Source: Phoronis australis (taxonomy: Eukaryota; Animalia; Phoronida). From it: a DNA stretch of 64,000 bases. Positions within the stretch are counted from its first letter, which is position 1. Each line of letters starts with the position of its first letter. The translations under genes and the position numbers were made by a program. The notes beneath the pieces are model-generated. The model saw nothing but the letters and a program-made list of their open reading frames with translations. It had not been told where the DNA came from and did no database searches. This document shows, piece after piece, positions 1 through 12,741 of the stretch. The stretch lies in NCBI GenBank assembly GCA_002633005.1, contig NMRA01000075.1, positions 423,950 to 487,949 of the forward strand. The letters are read 5' to 3'.

Positions 1-382
1 TCTGTGACCGAACGTTAGATGGCGTTACAAGTTGATGCATTGGGATTCGCGATTCCTCTAAAAGGTTTTATATTAAGCCACCGGTTGTCGAGGTTACCGA
101 ATTGTGTTGTTGCACGGGTCGCAAAAAAAAACTTAACGTCGCACGGAAACCTAACACAGAGTAACTCTTTCCATTGTCCATGAATACTTACCAGGCAGAG
201 AAAGAATACTTACCACGAGTGGTAAGTTCCATTCGTGTGGCTCGGCGAGTTCCTTTTGTAGGTGTGGTGTTTCGTGGACAGTGAATTAGGGTTATCTTTC
301 CGTGGAAGAGGTTCCATTCTATCTTAAGTTTTCAGGTGTCCATTGATTACTAACTCTCATTTACAGATGTTTTTGTTTGTAG

Positions 383-506
383 ATCGGGAGGCGATGTTTG
401 GTCAATACTGTACGTGGTACCTTGGAGCCGCGCCAGTGCCTACATGGTCGGGGTTTTACTCGGTTACATTCTGTACAAATACAAGGACAAGATCAAGCTC
501 AACTGG
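383..506 (+). CDS. NRF-6/O-acyltransferase-like (Acyl_transf_3) membrane protein, internal exon (gene starts upstream of window)
   Basis: tttgtag|ATCGG...AACTGG|gtaaga. Translates SGGDVWSILYVVPWSRASAYMVGVLLGYILYKYKDKIKLNW, matching the NRF-6 family Y..PW.R...Y.VG.LLGY motif. Ends in phase 0. Confidence 0.9.
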
Positions 507-1823
507 GTAAGACATTACGGCAAGTGGTCCAAATACCTATTACAGGTAGACTCCGTTTAAAAAGACCGTAAACCCCGTTTATGGATGTTTCCTGCAAATT
601 TGATCCTGTTCCCTGCCACCTGCGCCGTTAGTACATGTACCTGCCTCGAGATATAAACAAGATGACAGCTAAACCACCTCCTGACTGTGCTTGCAAAGTG
701 TACCAAGTGGTTCAAGCTACGTGGCGGTTCGCCGCAGACGAGGAATAACTCACCCAATCCGTTAGTAACGCTGGCCGATTACGAGTTTTGAAACTTGCTT
801 AATTCTTTTGAGGGTGAACTACGGCTGCACATCAATTATTTCTTTGCATAAAAATTCAAGTAACTTTGTCAAAGTTAATATCAGTTAATATGAAAACAGA
901 TTTCAGTATCCTCTAAACATTAAAAATGAATTTCTCTGGTTATCGTCACGTGACGCTGTTCCGCATGATGTGTTTGTAGTTATGGCGTCATCATTACGGC
1001 GTTTTACCGTTGCTCCCGGCTTGTTGTATTCTATAGCCCAACAACAAGTTGTGAAGTTTACCCCTGTAGCCAATATCTTACTGATTAACTCCATTCTGGC
1101 ATTTATGGTTGGAGGGCCAGCTCTCTTTTGTTTGATAATTGCTCTAATCTCCAGTAAAATCTTATCTAGCCCGATTGGGCTTAAGTTATAACATATTTGA
1201 ACATAAACTGAAATCCTCGTCAAATGGTGATCATGTTTAGTTTTTAAATTACCAAAATCGCCCAACTACATTTGTATAACTGAAGTCACGACAATCTATT
1301 CTTTCGAAATGTACCCTTTACGTCTGGCAAAGTCACTGAACGGGAGAACGTCGTCACGTGGGCAGGGTTCCGTAGATTTGCCTTGATCCGCTTGGCACGT
1401 GAATTTGCAAACCATTCTTATTTCAGCACTGGTTTGAACTGCTTATCTGAATATTCACACCATCGACATCTTTATACTGTGATGTCTATGATTCACACCA
1501 AACAAATGGCGAATCTACCAAGGTATAGTCTGGAGTTCCTCACAGAAAGTATTCCACTGTCCTTGAAAGGATTCAAGAAGTCCACGTGACCATTAATTAT
1601 ACGCCCTAATTGGTCGGATATATGGAGTTTTCAATTGTGAAATGACGCTTCGTGTTTACACGAAGAGTGGTCGCTCAACGATAATGTATAACACAAAATC
1701 TGGAAAAAACGTGTCCCTGTTTCCCCAAATTTTTAATATCCAGTAAGTAATGGAAAACAGCTCTACCTGTTGGATATAGTGGCAAGCTCATCAACCTCAC
1801 ACATGTAACGTGTTGTGTTTCAG

Positions 1824-2010
1824 TCTCTTAGTCTCCTGCTGTGGCTTGTGGCTGCCTCTTTTTGCATTGGCACCCTGTACGGCCTGCACAGCGTGTATAG
1901 CGGCACCAAGATAACCGTCGCAGTTGCGGCAATCTACAACGCGTTGTGGCGTTTCACGTGGAGCCTTGGCGTGGCTTGGGTCATCCTTGCGTGTTGCACC
2001 GGGCACGGAG
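1824..2010 (+). CDS. NRF-6/O-acyltransferase-like exon
   Basis: tttcag|TCT...GGAG|gtaagt. Translates SLSLLLWLVAASFCIGTLYGL...YNALWRFTWSLGVAWVILACCTGHG(G). Phase 0 in, phase 1 out. Confidence 0.92.
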
Positions 2011-3233
2011 GTAAGTTAAGATATGGGCTCGAAGCATTCCGTAGACGCAAGAGCCTCGCGCATACGCGAAGTCATACGCGAGTTTTTGGTAAGTTTTACA
2101 GACGAAGCACACGATCACATTAGCTTTACCTGCATAATTGACCTATCGCCAGGATTTTGAGTGACGGCTTAACTGACCATTTAGAACGCAGCATTATTGA
2201 CACACCTTCGTTTCCAAGCCGCCATTTTACCCGACAAACAACATGTTGCTGGGCAAAACTTATTGTTTGTTACTCGACATTACGCAAGGTGGCGGAGCTT
2301 GCGATAGGTCAATTCTTTCGTCTCCGTAACGGACCTTGCGTTTCCATTTGGCCGGTTCCCTAACAAAACTTTCGATAACTGCGTTTTTGAGGCCGAACTG
2401 CTGGAACATTGGATGTTTAACGACACTCACTATTTAGGTGTAACTGAGCATTGGGCAATACTATAACTTTTAATTTGCCTGATGAGTTTTTACAAGATGT
2501 GTTGTTGCTTCATTAATTTAGCGGTGGACCGAGTACCCCCATTGCCTAATAGTAGTATCGTCCGATTGTTGAGCACGTGCTTTGAACAACAGCGGTGTTG
2601 GCTTTGAACTCAAAAAGAAATATATGAGAAGACCTGTAAATCATTAGCATGTGTTTGGTTGCCTAACTACATGTAAGTTCAAAGTAGTCAGTAAGAAGAC
2701 CTGTCAATCCTTAGCACGTGCTTGGTTGCCTACAATCAAGTGCTTCCCTTGAAAATACACCGCGAACTAGCGGAGTCTTGTTTGATATGGCTTTTCTCTC
2801 AAGAAACTTGCCTTACTGAACGCACGCCTACCTGTAGGGAATACCTTAGTTCTTAGAGATGACCAGCAGCGACCGAGGCACGTAAAAACCCACTCACGAT
2901 CAGGATCACACCACTGTATCGTGTGCGCAGGCCGTCGAAGTCCGTTACTTCAATCCCCTGACCTATATTTTAACTGATATGCTTGAAGTCCGACGTGAAT
3001 GTAGCTCTGTCAGGGTAAAATTGGTCCTGCGTGCAGAAACCAACAACTCCTGACTTTTCAAAACTTCGATTTTAACCGCCCATGCACGGCTTACCGCCCA
3101 CCCCCTGTTTTTTCGATTCCCAATTTAAGCGCCCTAGGTGGTAACGCGGACGAGTACGGCACTTTGGAATGTTTCCTAGTATGACGTTAGACAAAAGACA
3201 AAACTGAGTGCGAAATGTGCTAAGCTTACTGAA

Positions 3234-4853
3234 AGAGAATGCCACCCAGAAAAGTAGATCGAGTAGTTCCACTCGATAACAGCAGTTCAGTTGTTTTACC
3301 TGACACATAACGGCAGACGGAGGTGTTGAAATACACCAATGACGTAATCGGTTCGAGCGCAGTCTGTTCAACCGTTCACAACATGCTTACTGGTGTCAAC
3401 TTATCCCTTGAATTCATCGTTTTACACCAATAAATCATCAAATTCGATGTAAACCTCTTACAAATACATCGAGTTCTTGAACAAACGTGTTGTTTTATTT
3501 CACTGTTACGGATTTATAGGTATTTGAACGTACCGTAGCCTACATAGTTCGGGAGGCCAATTTGCCATGGTCGCGGGAAATTGGGTCTGTTTGGTGATAA
3601 ATTCGAATCATTCTTCCGTGAAATACAGACGGGGAACATAGCTGTGTGATGTACTGTTAGACTTGCGATTTTTTCAGTTCTAAACCCACAAAACGCTTGT
3701 TATCCCAGCCAGTGTCTCGGAACACGATCAAGCCCGTCGCGGCCGCCGGGACTGGATATCAAGAACATAAACCAGCTTAAGTTGGAAACTAAACCTCCAG
3801 AGACTATAATAGTGAGCCAAACTAATAATGTGCGCGTAATTATTTAGGTGAATTAGCCGCGAAACTGAACATCTACTTACTTGTCAGGTGCCGCGAACTC
3901 AGGTTCCCCTTCCACAGAACCGTCACGGCAAAGGTTGTACAGTAACACTGATTTGAATAATGTATTTGTATATCTAAATAAAGATTCCCCATAGCATATC
4001 AAATCGAGTTATTGTTTCACAACAGCTTTCTGTCAGCAAGCACTGGATTAGCATGCGCTCACATGGCCTCGGTGCTCGGTAAATTACCTTTATTGCACCT
4101 TAAGCCAGTAACACACTGGTTTATTCATTGCTGGCTTCTCAAAACATTTGCACTCATCTATACTCCAAAGGCATTACAAATTGTATGTAATGAGACAGAC
4201 TTTGTTTCAGTTTTATATAAGCATTGGTTAGGGTGAGAATAATTCATTTTGAAACAGAATGCAGAATAATAAACGTCTACATGGCAACTCGCCCGGCGCC
4301 AATCCCGACTTAGTCGAGAGCTTATCCGGCGAAGACTTCACTGGTCGGATCGTTAGGTTTTACAAGCTATCAGTTCGAACCGGAATACACTGGTCAAGAA
4401 ATACTAGAGAGGCGCCGTGAACATGCACAGGCAACGGAACGTATGGAAAGTTCTTTGGTAAGCCAGAATTCGTCAGAGATGTCACTGTCGACGAAATGAC
4501 AGCCACAGACACACAGATGTTTCACGGCCTCATATTGTTATTAACAGGGTACTTTTCATTCTTCACTACCGCGATCCACTTCCTAAGCATTTCGTGCTCC
4601 CGAGGAAGTCGAAAAAAACGATCTACACTCTTTCTTCGCAGCTTCACAGTTCGAACAAACGGGAACGATGCACCGCAGAATAGCGGTATTCAATCTGCAA
4701 ATGAACCACTGACGTCGTTGCGTTGTTTCTCTCCTTCCTCACAGGTTAACGCGACACCTCTGGGCAAGGTGAGGTCGACCGTATAAGAGGCGATGTGGAT
4801 ATAGACCGATTAAGGCGGTAAAAAAGACTAATTAAATTGGGTGGTATTCTCCT
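3234..4853 (-). mobile_element. Non-autonomous Kolobok-like DNA transposon (copy 1) in an intron of the acyltransferase gene
   Basis: Colinear with 45687-47360. TIRs AGAGAATGCCACCCA / TGGGTGGTATTCTCCT, flanked by degenerate TTAA (TGAA/TTGA). Decayed THAP domain on the minus strand. Confidence 0.8.
4478..4681 (-). pseudogene. Frameshifted THAP (C2CH) zinc-finger remnant
   Basis: ILRCIVPVCSNCEAAKKECRSFF/RLPREHEMLRKWIAVVKNEKYPVNN/YEAVKHLCVCGCHFVDSDI shows the CxxxxC, F.xP, W, P and CxxHF THAP signature, with two frameshifts. Confidence 0.8.
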
Positions 4854-5124
4854 TTGACTCATTCTTATTGAATTGTCGTTCATCCGCTCTCGAAATAACC
4901 CCCAAAGGACGCGACACCTGACGGAGTTCAATACCACTACAAATCGCTGTACGAGCACTGAGTTTCTTGTTATTGTTCGAGGTAAAACATTTTCACTGAC
5001 GTGAACTATTGATTGGGGCTGACCTTTTTGCAATAACCAGCTGGTGGGCAAGATGGCTTCTTGTGTTGTAGGGCCAATACAACAGGCCTGTGACAATCTA
5101 CATGTACGTTTGTTTTGTTGGCAG

Positions 5125-5267
5125 GCGTGATCAACGAGTTTCTTTCCTGGAGCGGTTTTGTTCCCTTGGCTCGACTGACCTACTGCGCCTACTTGGTACA
5201 TCCGATCCTCATGAACGTGTTTTTCCTGGGTCAGCCCCAGTTGATCATGATCAATCACGTCAATTTG
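5125..5267 (+). CDS. NRF-6/O-acyltransferase-like exon
   Basis: ggcag|GC...TTG|gtaagt. Translates (G)VINEFLSWSGFVPLARLTYCAYLVHPILM..., the family hallmark GG.VN.FLSW..F.PL.RLTY..YL.HP. Phase 1 in, phase 0 out. Confidence 0.93.
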
Positions 5268-6107
5268 GTAAGTACATGTACCTTCTGTGAAATCAACCAA
5301 CGTACTAAAACGCAAATTTCAACAAGTAAAAGTGACATAAGGCTTTAGTCCGAAATTTGGTCTTGCGCTCCGCAAAACTTTTTCTGAAAAATGATAAAAT
5401 CCACTTGCGCAAAAATCCAAAGTCCTCAAAAATGTATACATAACTATTGGTTACTTAGATAATTTTAAAAATTATTTCTAGACAGTGATGCGCTCATAAC
5501 TTGTTGAATGAACTTTTTTCAGCAATTGTCAAGTGGGAGCTTAAGTTCAAATTTCTGCCTTAAAGTGCTTTTTCAAAAAACCGCCATTTACCTTGTTTTG
5601 ACATGTGACTCCATTGTCAGCGTCATAAACCTTTCCTGTCTAGCACTGTATATGACAATAGAAAACTCAAGATCCCAAAAAATGAGGAAACAGAAGAAAA
5701 GCGGATTAAATTGATAGTTTCTTTAGTTAGCTCCTTGGACATGAGTGTGAACTTACCCATTGCGAGTTTCTTGTACAAACTTGTGCCAAATCCGCGCGTC
5801 TCTGAATTCGCGAATGAATGTCAGTGAAAAGAACCCCAGCGTGCTCAAATACTGAGTTGTCACAGACATCACAAACGCAACGCCTCACCATTCTTCATTG
5901 TACCAAAAGCCATGGTAAAACGAGCAGCAATATCTGACGACTTTTCACACTAAACACAATGAAGGGTGACTAATTTTGGTTTTCCCGATTCCACGTAACA
6001 TGTATCGACCAATAAATGCTCGTAACTCGAGATCATATCAGTCTGGTAATGGTGACTTGACACCTTTTTGATAGAAGTACTCAGCATGTCCTAATCTTCA
6101 TGTTTTG

Positions 6108-6233
6108 ATGGACTTCGACGGTTCCGCCGGGTCAACCTGCCAAGACATCTGATTGGTTTTGTGTGACGACTTCCGGCTTACTAACCAATCAGACGTCTTT
6201 GCCGGTTGACGCGGCGGAACCACCGAAGTTCAT
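6108..6233. repeat. Palindromic hairpin/MITE; related degenerate copy at ~6812-6892
   Basis: ATGGACTTCGACGGTTCCGCCGGGTCAAC...ATCTGATTGGTT pairs imperfectly with AACCAATCAGAC...GTTGACGCGGCGGAACCACCGAAGTTCAT. Confidence 0.65.
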
Positions 6234-7146
6234 GAGTGTAACCAATGACCCATGCAGTGACAAATATAGGCATGTCAGTCACTGCTATTTGCAAGGCTGG
6301 CAATCTCATATCGAATGTAACGCAAAACCATCTTACTATGTGAGATTTAAAACAATGCATTGTCTAGGCAAATATTTCATGAATAGTTAGTATCCCACGT
6401 GTTTTTATCCAGTCTCTGACTCGGGATGCGATGCTCAAATCGTTCGTTAGTACTGGACAGAGGTCACCACACAAATATTCCCTAAGATGAAAATAGGTTG
6501 CGTAAGTTATAAGTCTGGATGTGTGTAGAAGAATACCACTTGTGTTAATTTGCAGAGCGTACCAAGACCTTCGGGTGCAGTACTTAAGTGACCCCTTTTG
6601 TCATTCCCCCACAACATCTACATTTGAATCTCTCATGAGAACTCCTGGTACCCCGCTTTATTCCTCCACCATGCTCTCAAGCGTGACAATTTACTAATCC
6701 AGTCTGTAACGCACCTGGCAATGTAGGTATTTACTTTGGACCTGTGACCATTTGCACAAATTTCAATAAAGATACAAAAATAACACAGTAGTTGTACTTG
6801 CCTTCACCTGTTCCGTCAGGTCAACTAGGCCAAGACATGTGATTCGTTTTGACGACGCTTTCCGGCTTATAAACCAATCAGATGTCCTAGCCTGTTTACA
6901 CGATGCTCGCTGGTCCCCGCAGTGCTTAGCCTGCACGCTGGCTACTGACCACCTAGCGGCACGCAGGGACCCAGTGAGGACACGTGAAGCCATTACATGT
7001 AAGTGCAGAATGTACTATACGAATAGAATTGTGAAAAGGACGGCGTCAGTGACAACCCTTGCGCCGTTCCCGAGTCAAGAAGAGTGGTTAACCCAAATAC
7101 CGTAGCAGCTTCGACAATTTGTTCTGTATTTGTTTTATTGTTGCAG

Positions 7147-7275
7147 ATTTACTACTATTTCGCGTTCTTGGTGGCTTCATATGGCGCCGCATTTGCCACA
7201 TCTCTTGTGTTCGAGTCGCCTTGGTTGGGTATCGAGAAAACATTGCTTGGACTGGCACTGAAGAAGAAAAAATAG
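7147..7275 (+). CDS. NRF-6/O-acyltransferase-like terminal coding exon
   Basis: ttgcag|ATT...AAA TAG. Translates IYYYFAFLVASYGAAFATSLVFESPWLGIEKTLLGLALKKKK*, with the C-terminal SL.FE.P...EK motif of the family. Confidence 0.92.
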   Translation: MYYYFAFLVASYGAAFATSLVFESPWLGIEKTLLGLALKKKK

Positions 7276-7871
7276 ATGAACAAGGAAGTGGTTTTTACTG
7301 TGGGACAATCTGGACAATTTCTGGGACATCCTCATTTTATACATGGAGTGTTACACTCGATCCTCGATGCTGTGGCGGATTTTTCCCAATTCGAAACACT
7401 TAGGTATTTTCGAAGCCTCGACAGTTGAGACTGCGAAAATCAAACCGAGGTGTTTCCGATTCAGTTTGTCGTGCTGATGAATGTCGGGAATGTTAGCACG
7501 AGCCATCCCCATACCAAGATTACGCGTGACTGCCGGGAAAGCGTTGCGAATTGCACATGGCTATGCTTAGGGTGTGAAAAAAGTCAGTGTGGGTAGCCCA
7601 TGCATCTCGCAATCGCAAAATGCCCTTATTATTTTTAGTGACATGCATTGTATGTGGGTTTTGGTTTGTTGGCGCTTAAACACAGTTGTCTTGGATTTAA
7701 AACTTGTATAAAAGTTACACTGATGACATTACTGATCGATTTTGTAATAACATGTGAATTTTGATACATGATTTATGCCTTTTTAACAAGTATTCGAGGG
7801 GTTAGAATATTGATGTTTGGCATGGATATCTGAAAGCATATTTTAGTTTACAATTGATTTTTCATACATGC

Positions 7872-8013
7872 CAGTGGCAGATTTAAGGGAAGCCAAGAGG
7901 GCCATGTCCTCCCCTAAAATTATCCCAGATTCCATTTAGCAGTTTCGGGGGTGCGAATGTCTGACGGGCAAAATCCTTGGCCCCCCTAATTCAAAATCTT
8001 GTATCCGCCCCTA
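7872..8013 (+). mobile_element. Short MITE family A (CAG[T/G]GGCGGAT...ATCCGCCCCTG termini)
   Basis: Core CCCAGATTCCATTT.GCAGTTCGGGG..GCGAATGTCTGACGG.CAAAATCCT recurs at ~12310-12440, 21635-21792(-), 28527-28622(-) and 52582-52732. Confidence 0.75.
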
Positions 8014-9838
8014 ATCATGGCAAATGCTTGTTGCATCAGTGCCAATCCACCAGCGTGAGAAAAAATGCAAATTTCAATGCAATCGACTCTCAAATTCTGG
8101 AGCAAGGGCTCAGTTAATTACGTGTTCTTTTATTAAAAAAATTGGGGAGTAAAAAAATTTCAAACCCTTGACGTGATCATTGCTAATCATTCTCTCAGAA
8201 ATCAGCGCACGTATGTGTCTTTGATCCCTAATGGATTCAAGTATATGAGGTACACGTATGGTGGGATATTCATGTAATACATGTGACGACCAACAGCGTG
8301 AACGTTAGTTCGCAAAAATGATAACGCTTGCCTTTCAGGTTCTACGTCACATCTTTTAGTAATTTAATGTTTCAAATAATATTATTATTGTTATTATGAT
8401 TATTTTATACTTATTGACACACCAGTAGATGGCGAACTTGGCGACTACCGGTTGGAAGGATAGGGTGAAAGTGTTGTCGATCGGGTGGTGATTTCGTGGC
8501 TTTCTAAACATGCCGGAAGCCAGCAAGTGAGCAAAATCGTTCCATGATAATAGAACGCGAAGCGACATTAATCCCGTGCTACATTTGGAAAGCAAATTTT
8601 GATTTAACTGACACCGTGACTTGAAATGTTATGACCTGGGACTGAAGACTTAGCAAACCGTCAGTTCTTCCCGAAACCTAAAGACGACTTCTAAACGGAG
8701 TAACTTAAAAGGCCACTACAACTGATTTTGTAACGCTAAGTGACCTAAATGGCAGCAAGCTAGGGTTTAATGCCGCTTCAATAAAGTAGTTAATTTGATA
8801 TCTACTCAAGCTATTCAACCCAGAAAAGGAGAAAGCGAGTGTATGCCTGCAGTCCTTATGGAAGGAATGTAAAACTGTACACTGTCTTATTATACACTAC
8901 GTATTGTACGAATATCACAACTTTTGGTTTGCAACAATCCACGATATTGCAGTCGATTAATGACCTGCTGTAGTTGCAAGACATCTCAACGGTTATTGCG
9001 GTGTTAAACAGAAGCTACAGGGTAATCCAAAACAACCAGTGACGTAGAGTATGACTCATACCTGATGATGATTTGAGCTATTAAATCGAAACGTAGATCT
9101 TGAACATCGTTATCGTTTGCGCCATTAGCAACCTATTAAATGCATCTGGCCGAAACCTAATGCCATCAAAACAAATCCATATGGGAAAAATCACAAGAAT
9201 CCACACTTGTCACGATCTGGAGCCGAAAGATTCTCTGCCAAGTTAGAGTTACCGCTTAGTCGAAAGTGAGATTCATTCAGAAACGGTTATATAACAACGC
9301 GGTCTATACACCTGTGCTAAGAGTATCTGACAACTACATGTAACTTGGGTAAACAGTAAACAGACGGCAACGAACACGCAATATCAGAATAATTAAGAAA
9401 ATTACTATACACTGTACAGTAAGAATATTCTGACAATTGGCGAAAACGTTGAAAAACAAACTTCGCCAGGGTGGTTGAAAGTACGAAAACGTGCCGTTAA
9501 ACAGAGCATTTCACGCTGCATCAGAGTAGTCTTGGCAAGACTAATTCGGCTGGAGATTTTCCTTTGAATATAAATGTTTTACCCGGCGGCGTCGGATATT
9601 TGGACCTATTAGAACATGAACGTGACATTATCACACGGGACTGACGTACAATAACGCTATGATCGATGTCTTGTTTTCTCAGTTCACCTGTACTTTTCGT
9701 ACGAGACATGAGCACAATGACATGAACCCCGTTTTCGCCATCAATAGGATGTGTTCCAACAATAACCGAAAGAGGACGCTATGGCAATTAAGTGTTGGAC
9801 GTGGCTGTCCCGAGGCGGTTCACGTTTATCAATACAAC

Positions 9839-10521
9839 TAGTGCTGTAGTGGGGCGTCGTAGGCGCAGCCAACCACCTTTTTGCTTTTTAACGTATCGCC
9901 TGCCCACGGCAAGTTACGGTATAGTGAGGCATAAGCGCACGTAGTCGCAGCCAACCACTTTTTTACATTTTATCACAGAAATCACCTTTTTACATTTTAA
10001 CGTAGCGTCTACGCCCCGTAAGGGACGGTATAGTGGGTCGTAGTCTAGATACGATACCTTACGGCATCAATGCGCTACGCTGAGGACAGCATTGTTGCCG
10101 AACATACGGCGCGTGCGACCACCAGGCATACATGTATGCTCGTCGAGTAATGGAATTTTTATTAATATTCCAAGATAAAGAAACAGTTATGGTGTCTCAC
10201 CATATGTGGATGAGGTGGCCAGCATGTGATTTCTGGGCGTTACGCTCCTATTTTCCTGTATAATTGTGCTTGGCCCCTTCAGAGACCGCTTGGAATACAC
10301 ACGCCAGACCTTTGCCTTCGAATATGTGCGGTTGGACCCTCTTTCTCCGACATTCGCAGAGTCTATGCCAGTAAATACCCTCTCGAGGCGTGAGTCAAAA
10401 AGCAGGCCTACAAGTCTGTGAGTCAGGTTTTGCGAGTTCAATGTACTTATAAAATTCCGCTCAAGGCGATACGATGGGCTTTGGGCACCTACTTACCTCT
10501 AATTTTACCACTACAGCACTG
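9839..10521 (+). mobile_element. Non-autonomous hAT element, family B
   Basis: TIR TAGTGCTGTAGTGG / CCACTACAGCACTG. Exact 8-bp TSD AATACAAC at 9831-9838 and 10522-10529. Confidence 0.88.
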
Positions 10522-11094
10522 AATACAACGTTCGTTCACTAAAACGAAGTACGGAGTAGAACAAACCAGATACACTCTAACACTGTTCCGCTCATCGATC
10601 AAGTCAATTAAATTCATTCTTTGTGAAAGGTAGTTCCTTGTGCCAGAACTATGCAATTAAAACCGTGATTGACTGCCGGATAATGGCCTATAACCGCACG
10701 TGGTCCCATAGCCATCGCCTTTTCGGTCAATTTACTGTTAATAACGTCTAGGAGATTTCGAATTCCCAGGGGAACGAACCAGTAACCCGATCTTGTACTG
10801 GTCGTTGGGCCCTAAGACGAGTCTTTGTAAGCCAGTCGAGCGTTCACGTCAGTGCTCGCTCTATTGTTCGTGCCGTGTAACCGATATAGTCCTTGACTGT
10901 GTTTAACTATCAATTGCACAGCGCTCAGTTTTCTCTACAGAAAGTGACCCTTACAGTAATACTGTTGAGCACTCTATCCAGTTCACTAGCAAAGGAGTGC
11001 TTGTCGAGTACAAAGAGAAACATTCACGAATCACGAAGCGGAAACGAGAATTGCACTGTCGCCATGGTCGTCGTCATCGCCGTCGTCATCATTG

Positions 11095-11177
<83 letters not shown>
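11095..11177. repeat. (TCA)n microsatellite within a degenerate trinucleotide tract ~11066-11360 that ends in (ATT)n
   Basis: Perfect TCA run seen directly. It produces the poly-I, poly-H and poly-M ORFs in the track. Confidence 0.97.
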
Positions 11178-12309
11178 GTCGAATTCATCATGCAAGCGAT
11201 TTCGTCATCGTCAGACGTCATCCTCATCACGATTGTTTCCATGAATATTATCGTGGCACTACGCAATGGAGTAATAATCATTGTCATTATCGCCCATTAT
11301 TATTATTAGTATGATTCTTCTTCTTTATATTATTATTATTATTATTATTATCATTGTTATGTCTACATTTCTTGATATTGTGGAAGTCCGACCCTTACCA
11401 AAGTGAAAGTTCAAACTGATCTCAAGATCACTCCATTTTCTGCATTGTATTTTGGTCTCTTTTTACAGGATAATGAACAAAATGGCCCTGAGCTAATACC
11501 GATCAAAGGCATTTATCCGCCTGTGTATGTATCTAATATCAGTTTACATCTCGGGTAGCTCACATCATCCGCATTGATAGGCGGATGGTAACTACTACTG
11601 TCTTAATTATAGAAAATGTACCTGGACGTTTACGTCCAATATTGGTATTAAAGACCCATTCTAATTACCGCACAGACATTAAACAATAACGTTGTCCAGA
11701 ACGATGTCAGACTGACAAAAGTGATCATGTTTTGAAACACGAAAAATATCGTGCCAAATGGCGGGGGTGTCAGTTTATTAAAAATGGTATTGAAACTGAG
11801 CGTAGGACGAAATAATGACTCCATCTTGGTTTATGAAAAAGACCGTATGCAAACTATAGTACGTTAATTTTGAATACTTCGCCTATGATACTGAGGTCCT
11901 TATCGTCAAGTCAGTGTGGGTATCTATCCAAATACCTAACAAAACTAAGTTTAACCTAGTAGAAAGTAGATAGCCTGTAGATTTTAGATTTTTTATGTCG
12001 TGACACTCTACCATTGGCCAGGTCACGCGTCCATACTTACTGAAATTTGGCAATGTAGAAAGGCATTAGAAAGAAAAAAAATCATCTATTACATGACCGA
12101 GTTCCAAGGTGAAAAACGCTGTTGCAATTTTCTTAATTGTCCTTTCGTATTCATTTTGTGCAACGTTCTAGTATTTTCATAATAATCATAAAAATTCCAA
12201 GTTTTTTATAGCCACTCATGCGAAAATGGGTCACTTTAAAACAATTCCTAATTAATGCTATGTTTTGGAAAACAGCCAAATAGGGGCATAAGTGGCACAG
12301 TTGAGGAGG

Positions 12310-12440
12310 GGAGGAAAGGGAGCATGCCCCCAAATTCTCCCAGATTCCATTTAGCAGTTCGGGGGAGTGAATATTTGACGGGCAAAATCCTCGCCAATAC
12401 TCTGGCCTGCTCCCAACTCAAAATCCTGGATCCGCCCCTG
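12310..12440 (+). mobile_element. MITE family A copy
   Basis: Shares the family A core and ends in GGATCCGCCCCTG. Confidence 0.7.
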
Positions 12441-12706
12441 GACATTTTATTCGATCCTACTTAACCTTATCCCCAGCCAGTGCCTAGTGCGTAAGCTACA
12501 CGATTAAAATTCACTTTAAAATCAATGGCATTGATAAAAAAACAAGCGAATATTTTCACAAGTCCGTGCGTGGGTACACTGCCGCGGATGGCCTAACCTT
12601 ACAGCGATGAACAAATGTGACCCAAGACAACCTGGATGCTTTTGATACTGTCCTGTTGCCCCTGGCCGTAGAAAGTACGTAAGGGGTCTCGTTCGACCAA
12701 GTGCAA

Positions 12707-12741
12707 CGTGGGAATAACGAAACGATGGTAATTTTCCCACG
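12707..12741. promoter_or_regulatory. Inverted pair of CSL/Su(H) sites (SPS-like)
   Basis: CGTGGGAA (12707-12714), a 19-nt spacer, then TTCCCACG (12734-12741). About 4.75 kb upstream of the NRARP ATG. Confidence 0.55.

Noticed and set aside
4496-5315. 96-aa (+) and 189-aa (-) ORFs
   Set aside because: Antisense shadows of the THAP remnant and of the acyltransferase exon.
10893-11314. Poly-Ile, poly-His and poly-Met ORFs
   Set aside because: Translations of the (TCA)n microsatellite; no splice or domain support.
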